The notes below the pieces were generated by a model that was not told the DNA's origin, did not search any database, and worked only from the letters and a program-made list of their open reading frames with translations. 64,000 nucleotides of DNA from an uncultured Eubacteriales bacterium (GTDB lineage: Bacteria; Bacillota; Clostridia; Christensenellales; CAG-917). Location: positions 1,705 to 65,704 of the forward strand of contig URNP01000002.1 in the NCBI GenBank assembly GCA_900549225.1, in the 5' to 3' direction. The translations under genes were made by a program, and so were the position numbers. This document shows, in pieces, positions 17,602 to 25,041 of this stretch; the stretch's first letter is position 1; the number at the start of each line of letters is the position of its first letter.

Positions 17602-17874
17602 TTACTTGTTTGCTTTGAGTGCGTCCAATGCGCGGCAGAGAGTGGATTTCTTTCTCGCAACCGTGTTCTTTTTGTAGATACCGTCTTTGAAAGCGCAGTC
17701 AATGACGGATACGGTTTCGGGAAGGAGTTGTTCTGCAAGAGCAACGTCGCCTGCTTCGATTGCTGCGTTGTATTTCTTGATTGCGGTTTTAACGCGCGCT
17801 TTCTTTGCGGTGTTGATTTCGTTTCTCTTATCGGAAGTGATAACTCTCTTTTTTGCTGACTTAATATTTGGCAT
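17602..17874 (-). CDS. rpsT: 30S ribosomal protein S20
   Basis: 90 aa, MPNIKSAKKRVITSDKRNEINTAKKARVKTAIKK... The 243-aa track ORF is an upstream over-extension. GAGGAG RBS. Confidence 0.95.
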   Translation of the reverse strand: MPNIKSAKKRVITSDKRNEINTAKKARVKTAIKKYNAAIEAGDVALAEQLLPETVSVIDCAFKDGIYKKNTVARKKSTLCRALDALKANK

Positions 17875-17915
17875 ATTTTTCTCCTCGTACTTTTGTACTG
17901 ATAAATATCTTTGAT

Positions 17916-17944
17916 ATATTAGCATATGTGAAACAAAGTTGCAA
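17916..17944 (-). promoter_or_regulatory. rpsT promoter TTGCAA-17-TAATAT
   Basis: Minus-strand -35 at 17944-17939 and -10 at 17921-17916. Confidence 0.55.
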
Positions 17945-17970
17945 CCGTTTTGAATGGAATTTTTGCGATT

Positions 17971-18855
17971 ATGCACAATAATGTTATGAATATGCTCAAA
18001 AATTTCGACTTCGTCACCGATATGGCGATTGAAAGCGCTCAATCGACGGGACATTTGACAAATTGCGACGCAAAACCGCTTTCGTACGGGATCGTCAAAC
18101 GCACGCTTAGAGTGAAAACGATCGAGGACGCAAAGAAAACGGGTAGAGAAAGGGGCGTTTACGTCACTTTCGATTGCGTGAAAGAAACGCTTGAGGGACA
18201 GTCTTCTTGCGAATATCTGACAAAACAGATTGCGTTTTGCCTTGCGGAACTCGTGGGAATCGTCAAAAAATCGTCGCCCGTGCTTGTCGTGGGACTCGGA
18301 AACAGGCATATAGTTGCCGATTCGCTCGGGCAAAGATGCGTCGAAGACGTTAAGGTTACGAGATATCTCAGCGCAGTCGGAAAGCAGAGTTTGTGCGCGT
18401 TTTCTACGGGCGTACTCGGTATGACGGGGATTCAGTCCGCAGAACTCGTGTCGGGCGCTGTTTCAAAAATCAAGCCGTCGTGCGTGATTCTTATCGATTC
18501 ACTTGCAACGGGCGCAGTGTCAAGGCTCGGGAAGTCTTTTCAGATATCAAGTTGCGGAATCTCACCGGGGAGCGGCGTCGGGCAGGATAAAGAGCGCATA
18601 GACAAAAGCGTTTTGTCCGTGCCGACTTTCTCAATAGGCGTTCCGCTTTTGTTGTCGTTGAGAACGGGAATTTATACCTTTGTGAAAGAATTGGCAGGCG
18701 AAGAAAAACTTGATATAAACGAGTATAATTTAAGAGCGAAACTTGCCAAAAACACGCTGTCGGATTTGATCGTTGCGCCGCGCGATATCGACTACGTCGT
18801 AGGCGTTGCTTCAAACGTCGTTTCAAAAGCGATTAATCTTGCGTTTAAGTTGTAA
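17971..18855 (+). CDS. gpr: GPR spore germination endopeptidase
   Basis: VTDMAIES near the N-terminus, VVGLGNRHIVADSLG, ILIDSLA and ISSCGISPGSGVG motifs. The rpsT-gpr neighbourhood is conserved in spore formers. The start is uncertain (17950, 17971, 17986 or 17992). A possible forespore-type promoter TGATAA-18-CATATGT lies at 17899-17929. Confidence 0.85.
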   Translation: MHNNVMNMLKNFDFVTDMAIESAQSTGHLTNCDAKPLSYGIVKRTLRVKTIEDAKKTGRERGVYVTFDCVKETLEGQSSCEYLTKQIAFCLAELVGIVKKSSPVLVVGLGNRHIVADSLGQRCVEDVKVTRYLSAVGKQSLCAFSTGVLGMTGIQSAELVSGAVSKIKPSCVILIDSLATGAVSRLGKSFQISSCGISPGSGVGQDKERIDKSVLSVPTFSIGVPLLLSLRTGIYTFVKELAGEEKLDINEYNLRAKLAKNTLSDLIVAPRDIDYVVGVASNVVSKAINLAFKL

Positions 18856-18896
18856 AAACGACATTCTAACGCGCTCAAACTAAATTTATACTAAAT

Positions 18897-18923
18897 AAAA
18901 ACGCCGCAGATTCGCGGCTTTTA
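18897..18923. terminator. probable terminator between gpr and murI
   Basis: Stem GCCGC (18903-18907) / GCGGC (18914-18918), with an A-run before and TTTT after. The stem is short. Confidence 0.45.
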
Positions 18924-18957
18924 TGGTATATATTTTGCTTTGATTTTTTTTGATAAA

Positions 18958-19665
18958 TCAGGGAGTATTTTGCAATATCGAGAGGATTTTTCTGTATTTC
19001 TTTTCTTCGTTTCCGCCCGTAAATTCAAAGCGGATTTCGCTTTGCGCGTTTTGTGGTGAAACTTGCTTTTCGAGTTGTTTTATAAGAGTGTCGTTACCGT
19101 CGAAATATCTTACGTCGCCGAGGATTTTGGATATCTCTTTTTTGCAATACGGATAGTGCGAACAGCCGAGTACGACGTTCTTTACGCCTTTGAATTTGAA
19201 TAATCGATTGGCAAGATAGGGAAGAATCGCACTCATATCGAGATTGCCGCGCTTCGAGTTTATGGAGGCTTGAACTTCAACGAGGGTGGCAAGTTCCGAC
19301 GTGTCGGCAACTTTCGTATATGGAATTTTAGTGTTTTCGATGGTAAATCGGGTGGCAAGAAGCAGATAATCGTCCGCCAAAATATTATTCGTCGTCGGCA
19401 GAATTGGGAGAAGTTTGTATACGTCTGTTTCCTTGCATACGGTTGAGGCGGTGTTGCAAGCAAGCACGGCGAAATCCGAGTGGTTTTTCAACTTGGCAAT
19501 ACCGGCGGTAACTATCGCGTCGAGTTCCTTTTCGCTTTTCGTGCCGAAAGGGTGTTGAGCGTTGTCGGCAAGATAAAAAAAGTCGTTCCCTTGGAATTTT
19601 TCAAGAAGTATTTTGAGAGTGGTTAGCCCTCCGATGCCGCTGTCGTATACGCCTATGGTTGCCAT
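18958..19665 (-). CDS. murI: glutamate racemase
   Basis: MATIGVYDSGIGGLTTL, LACNTAS and VLGCSHYP motifs. I prefer the start at 19665 over the track start at 19734. Confidence 0.9.
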   Translation of the reverse strand: MATIGVYDSGIGGLTTLKILLEKFQGNDFFYLADNAQHPFGTKSEKELDAIVTAGIAKLKNHSDFAVLACNTASTVCKETDVYKLLPILPTTNNILADDYLLLATRFTIENTKIPYTKVADTSELATLVEVQASINSKRGNLDMSAILPYLANRLFKFKGVKNVVLGCSHYPYCKKEISKILGDVRYFDGNDTLIKQLEKQVSPQNAQSEIRFEFTGGNEEKKYRKILSILQNTP

Positions 19666-19926
19666 ATCTTCTATATATGATAAAAACGGACGTGTTGACA
19701 GCGTTTTTCCGAATCGTGAAAAACTCAACTGCAAAAATTGATATTCTAACCGAGTTAATTTTTATCGACGCAAAATTATAAATGCAAAATCTAAAAAAAT
19801 TTTCCGCTATCTAATACACTGTTTTGTTCGATGCGGGGTCGGTTGCTCGTTTTGGGTAAAAAATGTAGTTGAAAATATATAAAATTTATTATATAATTGT
19901 ACTATCCACTTCAAAAGAGGTAAATT

Positions 19927-21993
19927 ATGAAGATTTTTGATACAGACTCAATCCGCAACGTGGCTCTCATCGGCCACTCCGGCGAGGGTAAAACGTCCCT
20001 CGCAGAAGCCATGATGTTCGAAGCAAAGACTATCGACCGTTTGGGCAAAGTCGACGACGGCTCTTCGACGATGGACTATGACGACGAAGAAATCAAACGC
20101 AAAATATCCATTTCTTTGTCTTTGGGTTATGCGATTTACCGCAACACCAAGATCAATATCCTCGACGCTCCCGGTTTCTTCGACTTCGAAGGCGAAATGA
20201 TTGCCGCTCTCCACGCTGCAGACAGCGCAGTGGTCGTCACAAGCGCAACGGGTTCTATCACCGTCGGTACGGAAAAGGCCCTCGAGCTCTGCCAAGAAAA
20301 GAAAGTTTCCGCTCTCATCTTCGTCAACGCCGTTGACAAGGACAACAGTGACTTCTTGGGCACTGCAAGGGCGATTATGGCTAAATATAAGAGCGTTATC
20401 CCCATCGAACTTCCCATTATGGAAGGTGGCAAGATGATCGGTTGCGTTGACGTTTTGACTGATAAAGCATTCGATTTGCAAGGAAAAGAAATCGCCGTTC
20501 CTCAAAACATGCAAGCAGAAGTCGAGGAGTTCAACGGCAAACTTATGGAACTCATTGCAGAAACCGATGAGGAACTTATGATGAAATTCTTCGACGGCGA
20601 AGCGTTCACCGAAGAGGAAATTCAAAAAGGTTTGCACGCCGCAATCGCAGACGATATCTTCGTTCCGCTCGTTGCAGGCAACGCTCAAACGTCAAAGGGC
20701 GTCAAACGCCTTATGGACAAACTCGTCGATCTTATGCCGCATCCGCAAAGAGCGCACAAGATCAAAGCGATCGTTGACGGAAAAGAAACCGAAGTCGGCG
20801 TAGATCCGTCCGCTCCGTTCTGTGCACAGGTCATCAAGTCGGTCGTCGACCCCTACGTCGGAAAACTCCTCATCTTCAAGGTTCTCGGCGGCAAACTTTC
20901 AAGCGGCGACAACGTGTTCAACGCTAGCGTTGAAAAACCCGAAAAAATCGGTACGCTTTACGTGCTCAAGGGCAAAAAGCAAGAGCCCGTCGATTGCCTC
21001 AACGCAGGCGATATCGGCGCTGTTGCAAAACTCGTTTATACCAACACCAACGATACGCTCGTTGCATCAAGCGATTCAAAGATTGAGTTTGAAAAAATAG
21101 AATTCCCCAAGCCCGTCATCTCCTATGCGGTTAAGGCTCTCAAAGACGAAGAAAAAGCCATCCAAGGTCTTATCAAGATGCAAGAAGAAGACGCAACCTT
21201 CAAGGTTGAAAAGAATATCGAAACAGGCGACGTGCTTATCAGCGGTCTTGGCGAGGCGCAACTCGACATTATGTGCAAACGCGTCAAGTCCAAACTCGGC
21301 ATCGATATCACTTGGCAAGAACCAAGAGTCGCTTATCGCGAAACTATCCGCAAGACTTCTCAAGCAGAAGGCAAGCACAAGAAACAATCGGGCGGCGCAG
21401 GTCAATACGGCGACGTGTTCATCAAGTACGAACCGGGCGCGGCTGACGGTGAATTTGAATTTGTCGACGCAGTCGTCGGCGGCGCAGTTCCTCGTCAATT
21501 CATCCCCGCAGTCGAAAAAGGTTTGCGCGAAGCAATCAAACACGGCGTTTTGGCAGGCTATCCGCTCGTCAACCTCAAAGCAACGCTTTACGACGGAAAA
21601 TATCACCCCGTCGACAGCAAGGAAATCGCATTCGTCACCGCTGCAAAACTTTCGTACGCAGACGGTATCGCGGCGGCAGGTCCGTGCTTCCTCGAGCCTA
21701 TCGTTGAAGCAAAGGTCACCGTTCCGGACGAGTATCTCGGCGATATCCTCGGCGATATGAACAAGCGTCGCGGTCGTATTCTCGGCACGGATATGGCAAA
21801 CGGCAAGCAAATCATCACTGCCGAAGTTCCGCAAGCCGAAATGTTCCGCTATGCAACCGATTTGCGCTCCATGACTCAAGGTCGCGGCAAATTTGAAATG
21901 CACGTCGTCCGCTACGAAGAAGTGCCTGCAATGAACAATGATAAGATTATTGCGGATGCCAAGAAGCGTGAAGAAGAAGCAAACAAGAAATGA
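19927..21993 (+). CDS. EF-G family translational GTPase, stand-alone paralogue
   Basis: 688 aa with all five EF-G domains. The G1 motif GHSGEGKTS diverges from the canonical AHxDxGKTT. It is not in an rpsL-rpsG-fusA-tuf context. Confidence 0.85.
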   Translation: MKIFDTDSIRNVALIGHSGEGKTSLAEAMMFEAKTIDRLGKVDDGSSTMDYDDEEIKRKISISLSLGYAIYRNTKINILDAPGFFDFEGEMIAALHAADSAVVVTSATGSITVGTEKALELCQEKKVSALIFVNAVDKDNSDFLGTARAIMAKYKSVIPIELPIMEGGKMIGCVDVLTDKAFDLQGKEIAVPQNMQAEVEEFNGKLMELIAETDEELMMKFFDGEAFTEEEIQKGLHAAIADDIFVPLVAGNAQTSKGVKRLMDKLVDLMPHPQRAHKIKAIVDGKETEVGVDPSAPFCAQVIKSVVDPYVGKLLIFKVLGGKLSSGDNVFNASVEKPEKIGTLYVLKGKKQEPVDCLNAGDIGAVAKLVYTNTNDTLVASSDSKIEFEKIEFPKPVISYAVKALKDEEKAIQGLIKMQEEDATFKVEKNIETGDVLISGLGEAQLDIMCKRVKSKLGIDITWQEPRVAYRETIRKTSQAEGKHKKQSGGAGQYGDVFIKYEPGAADGEFEFVDAVVGGAVPRQFIPAVEKGLREAIKHGVLAGYPLVNLKATLYDGKYHPVDSKEIAFVTAAKLSYADGIAAAGPCFLEPIVEAKVTVPDEYLGDILGDMNKRRGRILGTDMANGKQIITAEVPQAEMFRYATDLRSMTQGRGKFEMHVVRYEEVPAMNNDKIIADAKKREEEANKK

Positions 21994-22110
21994 CGTCGCT
22001 ATTTAGCGAATAACTGTGTCAGAACCGCTCTCACAAACAGTCACGTACGGCAAGTACGCTCATGTCGGTGGGAGCGGTTCTTTCTTGTTCTTCATCTAAA
22101 TATCGACGTC
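21992..22110 (+). repeat. long interrupted hairpin element (family 1, full copy) in the 3' UTR of the EF-G paralogue
   Basis: Outer stem 21992-22006 / 22096-22110. Middle 14-bp stem 22021-22034 / 22068-22081 with one T:G pair. Apical CGTAC-GGCAA-GTACG at 22044-22058. Conserved unpaired blocks AGCGAATAACTGTGTCAG and TTTCTTGTTCTTCATCTA. Confidence 0.7.
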
Positions 22111-22210
22111 ATTTAGCAGTTATTTGCCCAATATCGCATTATTTTCATAATACTTTATTGGGGTGTGGAGGTGAATCCACGCCCAAAATTATTAAATATT
22201 CGTTATTAAC

Positions 22211-22243
22211 TAAAAAGCGCACAACTTTTACATTGTGCGCTTT
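22211..22243 (-). terminator. terminator downstream of the SRP RNA
   Basis: Stem AAAGCGCACAA (22214-22224) / TTGTGCGCTTT (22233-22243). On the minus strand it is followed by TTTTT. Confidence 0.7.
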
Positions 22244-22249
22244 GCTTTC

Positions 22250-22520
22250 AAAAAACTGTGCACCGCCTTCGATAATCGATACCGAAGCGGAAACGGTGTA
22301 GGTGACTCCTTCAAAGTTTCCCCGTGGCACACGCCAACGCCTGTTTAGTGCTGCTGCGGTCAAGCTCTGACACGGTTCGCAGTATGACATTGCACGGGAC
22401 CTTGATATCAACATTCCTTGCACCGTGCAGCCAACCATATCAAAGACCTCGGACGGCGTTCGACACTACTATTGCGGATTGTAGTTTACAGGGCACCGCA
22501 AGCTCCCCGTCTAGCACAGT
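22250..22520 (-). ncRNA. ffs: signal recognition particle RNA, long Bacillus/Clostridium type with Alu domain
   Basis: The minus-strand RNA contains GTGCTAGACGGGGAGCTTGCGGTGCCCTGTAAACTACAATCCGC, GGTCCCGTGCAATG, GAACCGTGTCAG..GCAGCAGCACTAAAC and GTGTGCCACGGGG. These blocks are collinear with B. subtilis scRNA as I recall it. 5' ACTGTGC pairs with 3' GCACAGT, which is followed by TTTTTT. Length is about 270 nt. Confidence 0.88.
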
Positions 22521-22526
22521 GTGATT

Positions 22527-22555
22527 ATTATAGCATTTAGATTTAATTTTTGCAA
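22527..22555 (-). promoter_or_regulatory. SRP RNA promoter TTGCAA-17-TATAAT
   Basis: Minus-strand -35 at 22555-22550 and -10 at 22532-22527. The predicted TSS is near 22520. Confidence 0.65.
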
Positions 22556-22712
22556 CAATAATATTTGTCGATTTTCACTATGAAAAAAATCGCCGTTTTC
22601 CGACGATTTTTTCGTTGTATCGTATAGGTTATTTTGTTTTAATTGTCAAACCGAAGTTGCCTTTATAAACGGCGTTATCGATGACGAGATTTTCTGCTTG
22701 GCAATGTTTTTG

Positions 22713-23546
22713 TTATTTGATGTCCCTCTTTTCAAAGGTGAAATATCCAATAAGCGTTGCGATTGCGGTGTAGACAATCGGCATAACCGTTGCGGCGACA
22801 ACTTCTGCCGTCGAGAGTTTATCTGCGCTCGTTGCGATGCTCGTTTGCTGCATTGGCAGGAATATCGTCCAATCGAGGTTGTTGCCGTCGGTATTGTCGA
22901 TGCTCAATATCGTCGTGATGACGCTGACGATTATATTGAGAAGCAGATATAGCGCGATGCTCGTTGCAATCGACGTGCCGGTCGAACGGCAAAGAAAGTT
23001 TATCATCACAAAAATCGATACGCTTGCGATTCCTGCAAGAAGTTGGAGGGCAAAGTTGCGCATAAGCGTTGCAAAGTTTGCGCCTGTAAATCCGCCGGGG
23101 CTTCCGCTGATTGCAAAGAATATTCCGCTCAGAAGAAGTGCAAAGCACATATAGACTATCAAAAGGCATACTAGCGAGAGCCATTTTGAGAAATACGTGT
23201 TAACACGCTTCGTGCCTCTTGCAGTGGTGAGCGCGATATATCCGCATGAAAAGTCTTTGCCGATGAAAATGCACGCTACGATTGCAATGAAAAGTTCAAC
23301 GTTCGCAGTCGACGACGAGCCGAAAAGCATACTCGTTGCGAATGTATTGAGAAAATGAACGGTTGCACCGATTTCGGGTGCTTGCTCGGGCGGTGTGGCG
23401 TTTACGATTCTGATACCTATCCAGTACGCCGCAAACGACAAGAACGTAAGCACGAACATTATAATGAGAGATATCCAGACGCTTTTAAGTTTCCTAAGTC
23501 TGTATACGTCGCTTGTTAAAGCCAAAGAAAACGAATTATCCTTCAT
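22713..23546 (-). CDS. ABC-2 type exporter permease
   Basis: 277 aa with 6 TM segments, overlapping the upstream ATPase gene by 11 nt. Confidence 0.7.
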   Translation of the reverse strand: MKDNSFSLALTSDVYRLRKLKSVWISLIIMFVLTFLSFAAYWIGIRIVNATPPEQAPEIGATVHFLNTFATSMLFGSSSTANVELFIAIVACIFIGKDFSCGYIALTTARGTKRVNTYFSKWLSLVCLLIVYMCFALLLSGIFFAISGSPGGFTGANFATLMRNFALQLLAGIASVSIFVMINFLCRSTGTSIATSIALYLLLNIIVSVITTILSIDNTDGNNLDWTIFLPMQQTSIATSADKLSTAEVVAATVMPIVYTAIATLIGYFTFEKRDIK

Positions 23547-24459
23547 TTTTGATACCTCCCATAAGCGAAATAAAAGTCGACTCCAAATCGCCTTGACACT
23601 CTGATATGCTTAAAACCGTAACGTTGGCGTCCGAGAAAAGTTTTGCGACTTGAGGAATCCCTTTGGATAAGTCGTAAAGCGCAAGGGTGTTGTATGGGAG
23701 AATCTCAAAGTCGTGGGCGTGATAGTTTTCGACTACGACGTTGAGCGCAACCTTCAAATCGTCCACGACGACTTTGATATAAGGTCTGCAAAGTTCTTCA
23801 AGGTCGCTTTGGCGCATTTCCTTGACGAGTTTTCCTCCTTCGATGACACCGTAGCAAGTCGCGAGTTTCTGAAGTTCAGCAAGAAGGTGCGAAGAAATGA
23901 GAATCGTGACGTTATCCTCTTTGTTGAGTCGTTGAAGAAGTTCGCGCACCTCGAATATGCCCGTTGGATCGAGTCCGTTTACGGGCTCGTCGAGAATGAG
24001 TATGCTCGGATCGTTTATCAAAGCAACCGCAATTGCAAGACGTTGTTTCATTCCGAGTGAATAATTTTTGACTTTTGTGGGGTTGTTCGGGTCAAGACCG
24101 ACTTTGTGAAGAATATCTTTAAGTTTTTCTTCGTTGGTTACTCCGAGAGCATATCCCATCGATTTCATATTTTCGAGCGCGGTAAGGTGAGTCGATAGGG
24201 CAGGGGAGTCGACGATAGATCCGATTTTTCTGCGCTCGTAGGCAAGTGCGTCGGGAGTGTTTGCTCCGATAATACGTACCTCGCCACTCGTTTGATTTGC
24301 AAGACCGAGAAGAATTCTGATAAGTGTAGTTTTTCCCGCTCCGTTTCTTCCGACCAAGCCGTATATGTCGCCTTCGCGTACGCAGAGACTTACGTCGTCG
24401 AGAACGACTTTGTCTTTGCCGTATTTCTTCGTTAAATGCGAAGTTTCAAAAACGTTCAT
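23536..24459 (-). CDS. ABC transporter ATP-binding protein
   Basis: Walker A GRNGAGKTT, signature YSLGMKQRL and Walker B ILILDEP. Confidence 0.92.
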   Translation of the reverse strand: MNVFETSHLTKKYGKDKVVLDDVSLCVREGDIYGLVGRNGAGKTTLIRILLGLANQTSGEVRIIGANTPDALAYERRKIGSIVDSPALSTHLTALENMKSMGYALGVTNEEKLKDILHKVGLDPNNPTKVKNYSLGMKQRLAIAVALINDPSILILDEPVNGLDPTGIFEVRELLQRLNKEDNVTILISSHLLAELQKLATCYGVIEGGKLVKEMRQSDLEELCRPYIKVVVDDLKVALNVVVENYHAHDFEILPYNTLALYDLSKGIPQVAKLFSDANVTVLSISECQGDLESTFISLMGGIKNEG

Positions 24460-24568
24460 ATTGTACCTCGTTTTTTTGATAATCTAATTATACCACTTTT
24501 TGAGCATAAGTCCATTTGTGATTGTAAATCTCCGAATTATTAAGTGCGATTTAATAAAAACGCAAATA

Positions 24569-24583
24569 TACACGAATCGTGTA
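24569..24583. promoter_or_regulatory. perfect 15-bp palindrome TACACGA-A-TCGTGTA (operator-like, site 1)
   Basis: 7+1+7 perfect inverted repeat, 110 nt upstream of the ABC ATPase start. Confidence 0.5.
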
Positions 24584-24595
24584 CAATGATTTTCA

Positions 24596-24610
24596 AATAC
24601 GAATCGTGTA
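24596..24610. promoter_or_regulatory. operator-like palindrome, site 2 (AATACGAATCGTGTA)
   Basis: Matches site 1 at 13 of 15 positions and is centred 27 bp from it. Confidence 0.45.
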
Positions 24611-24699
24611 CCCAATGTTAAATAAAAATGCGAAAATATACAAAATTTAAGCAAAAACGTACAATATTAGTTAAAAAATGCACGAAAAGTGTGATATAG

Positions 24700-24714
24700 T
24701 ATACGAATCGTGTT
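24700..24714. promoter_or_regulatory. operator-like palindrome, site 3 (TATACGAATCGTGTT)
   Basis: Matches site 1 at 13 of 15 positions. It sits in a third copy of an A-rich module, AAAAAnGCnAAATATACA. Confidence 0.4.
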
Positions 24715-24802
24715 GTGAAGTCGATTTTGAATTTGTTAATGTTATTGGTTTGCGTATGCTTGTGCTCAAGTGAACTTTTGGAATCTCAAACCTATGATCG
24801 AA

Positions 24803-24828
24803 TAAAAAAAGCACGCCGAAGAGCGTGC
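24803..24828 (-). terminator. terminator after tRNA-Gly
   Basis: Stem GCACGC (24811-24816) / GCGTGC (24823-24828). On the minus strand it is followed by TTTTTTT. Confidence 0.75.
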
Positions 24829-24833
24829 AATAT

Positions 24834-24907
24834 TGGAGCGGGCGATGAGAATCGAACTCACGACTAAAGCTTGGGAAGCTTTCGTTTTACCATTAAACTA
24901 CGCCCGC
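24834..24907 (-). tRNA. tRNA-Gly (anticodon UCC), CCA encoded
   Basis: The reverse complement is GCGGGCGTAGTTTAATGGTAAAACGAAAGCTTCCCAAGCTTTAGTCGTGAGTTCGATTCTCATCGCCCGCTCCA. It folds as a cloverleaf with a 7-bp acceptor stem, a TTCGATT T-loop and anticodon loop CTTCCCAAG. Confidence 0.95.
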
Positions 24908-25041
24908 ATTTACGTTTTGATTGTATCACGCCGATTGATTTTGTCAAACATTTTAGCGACTTTGTGTCAATTCTGTTGCGTTTTGACTGCGCTTATATTA
25001 TACTTAAAAATCTATAAAAGAATTTACATTCAGAGGACAAT

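Noticed and set aside
17875-18333. Upstream 153-aa extension of the rpsT ORF (track ORF 17602..18333, 243 aa)
   Set aside because: Only the last 90 aa are S20. The extension overlaps gpr on the opposite strand and runs through the rpsT promoter and RBS.
18864-18890. Composite motif ATTCTAAC-N5-10-TAA(A/T)TTTAT at 18864, 19745 and 37827
   Set aside because: It is AT-rich and short; the 7-mer alone is expected several times by chance in this window. Orientation relative to genes is inconsistent: one copy lies between convergent gene ends. It could be a weak TAGAAT -10 on the minus strand for murI, but I cannot support a common function.
21992-22110. Hairpin elements as integron attC sites or MITEs
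   Set aside because: The attC idea arose because the elements follow stop codons and contain AAC/GTT boxes. However, the flanking genes are core (an EF-G paralogue, L32, DegV) and there is no intI. The boxes do not fit RYYYAAC/GTTRRRY, and pairing extends beyond them. The MITE idea is rejected because the arms differ completely between copies while the interior is conserved, and no target-site duplications are evident.
22062-22524. ORFs 22062..22301(+), 22145..22438(-) and 22324..22524(+)
   Set aside because: They lie on the hairpin element and the SRP RNA gene, which is the better explanation.
24908-25041. Expected T-box leaders upstream of ileS (and of glyQS, 53383-53629)
   Set aside because: The ileS spacer is only about 135 nt and neither region contains the T-box sequence (..GGTGGTACCGCG..) on the coding strand. 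No riboswitch is called.
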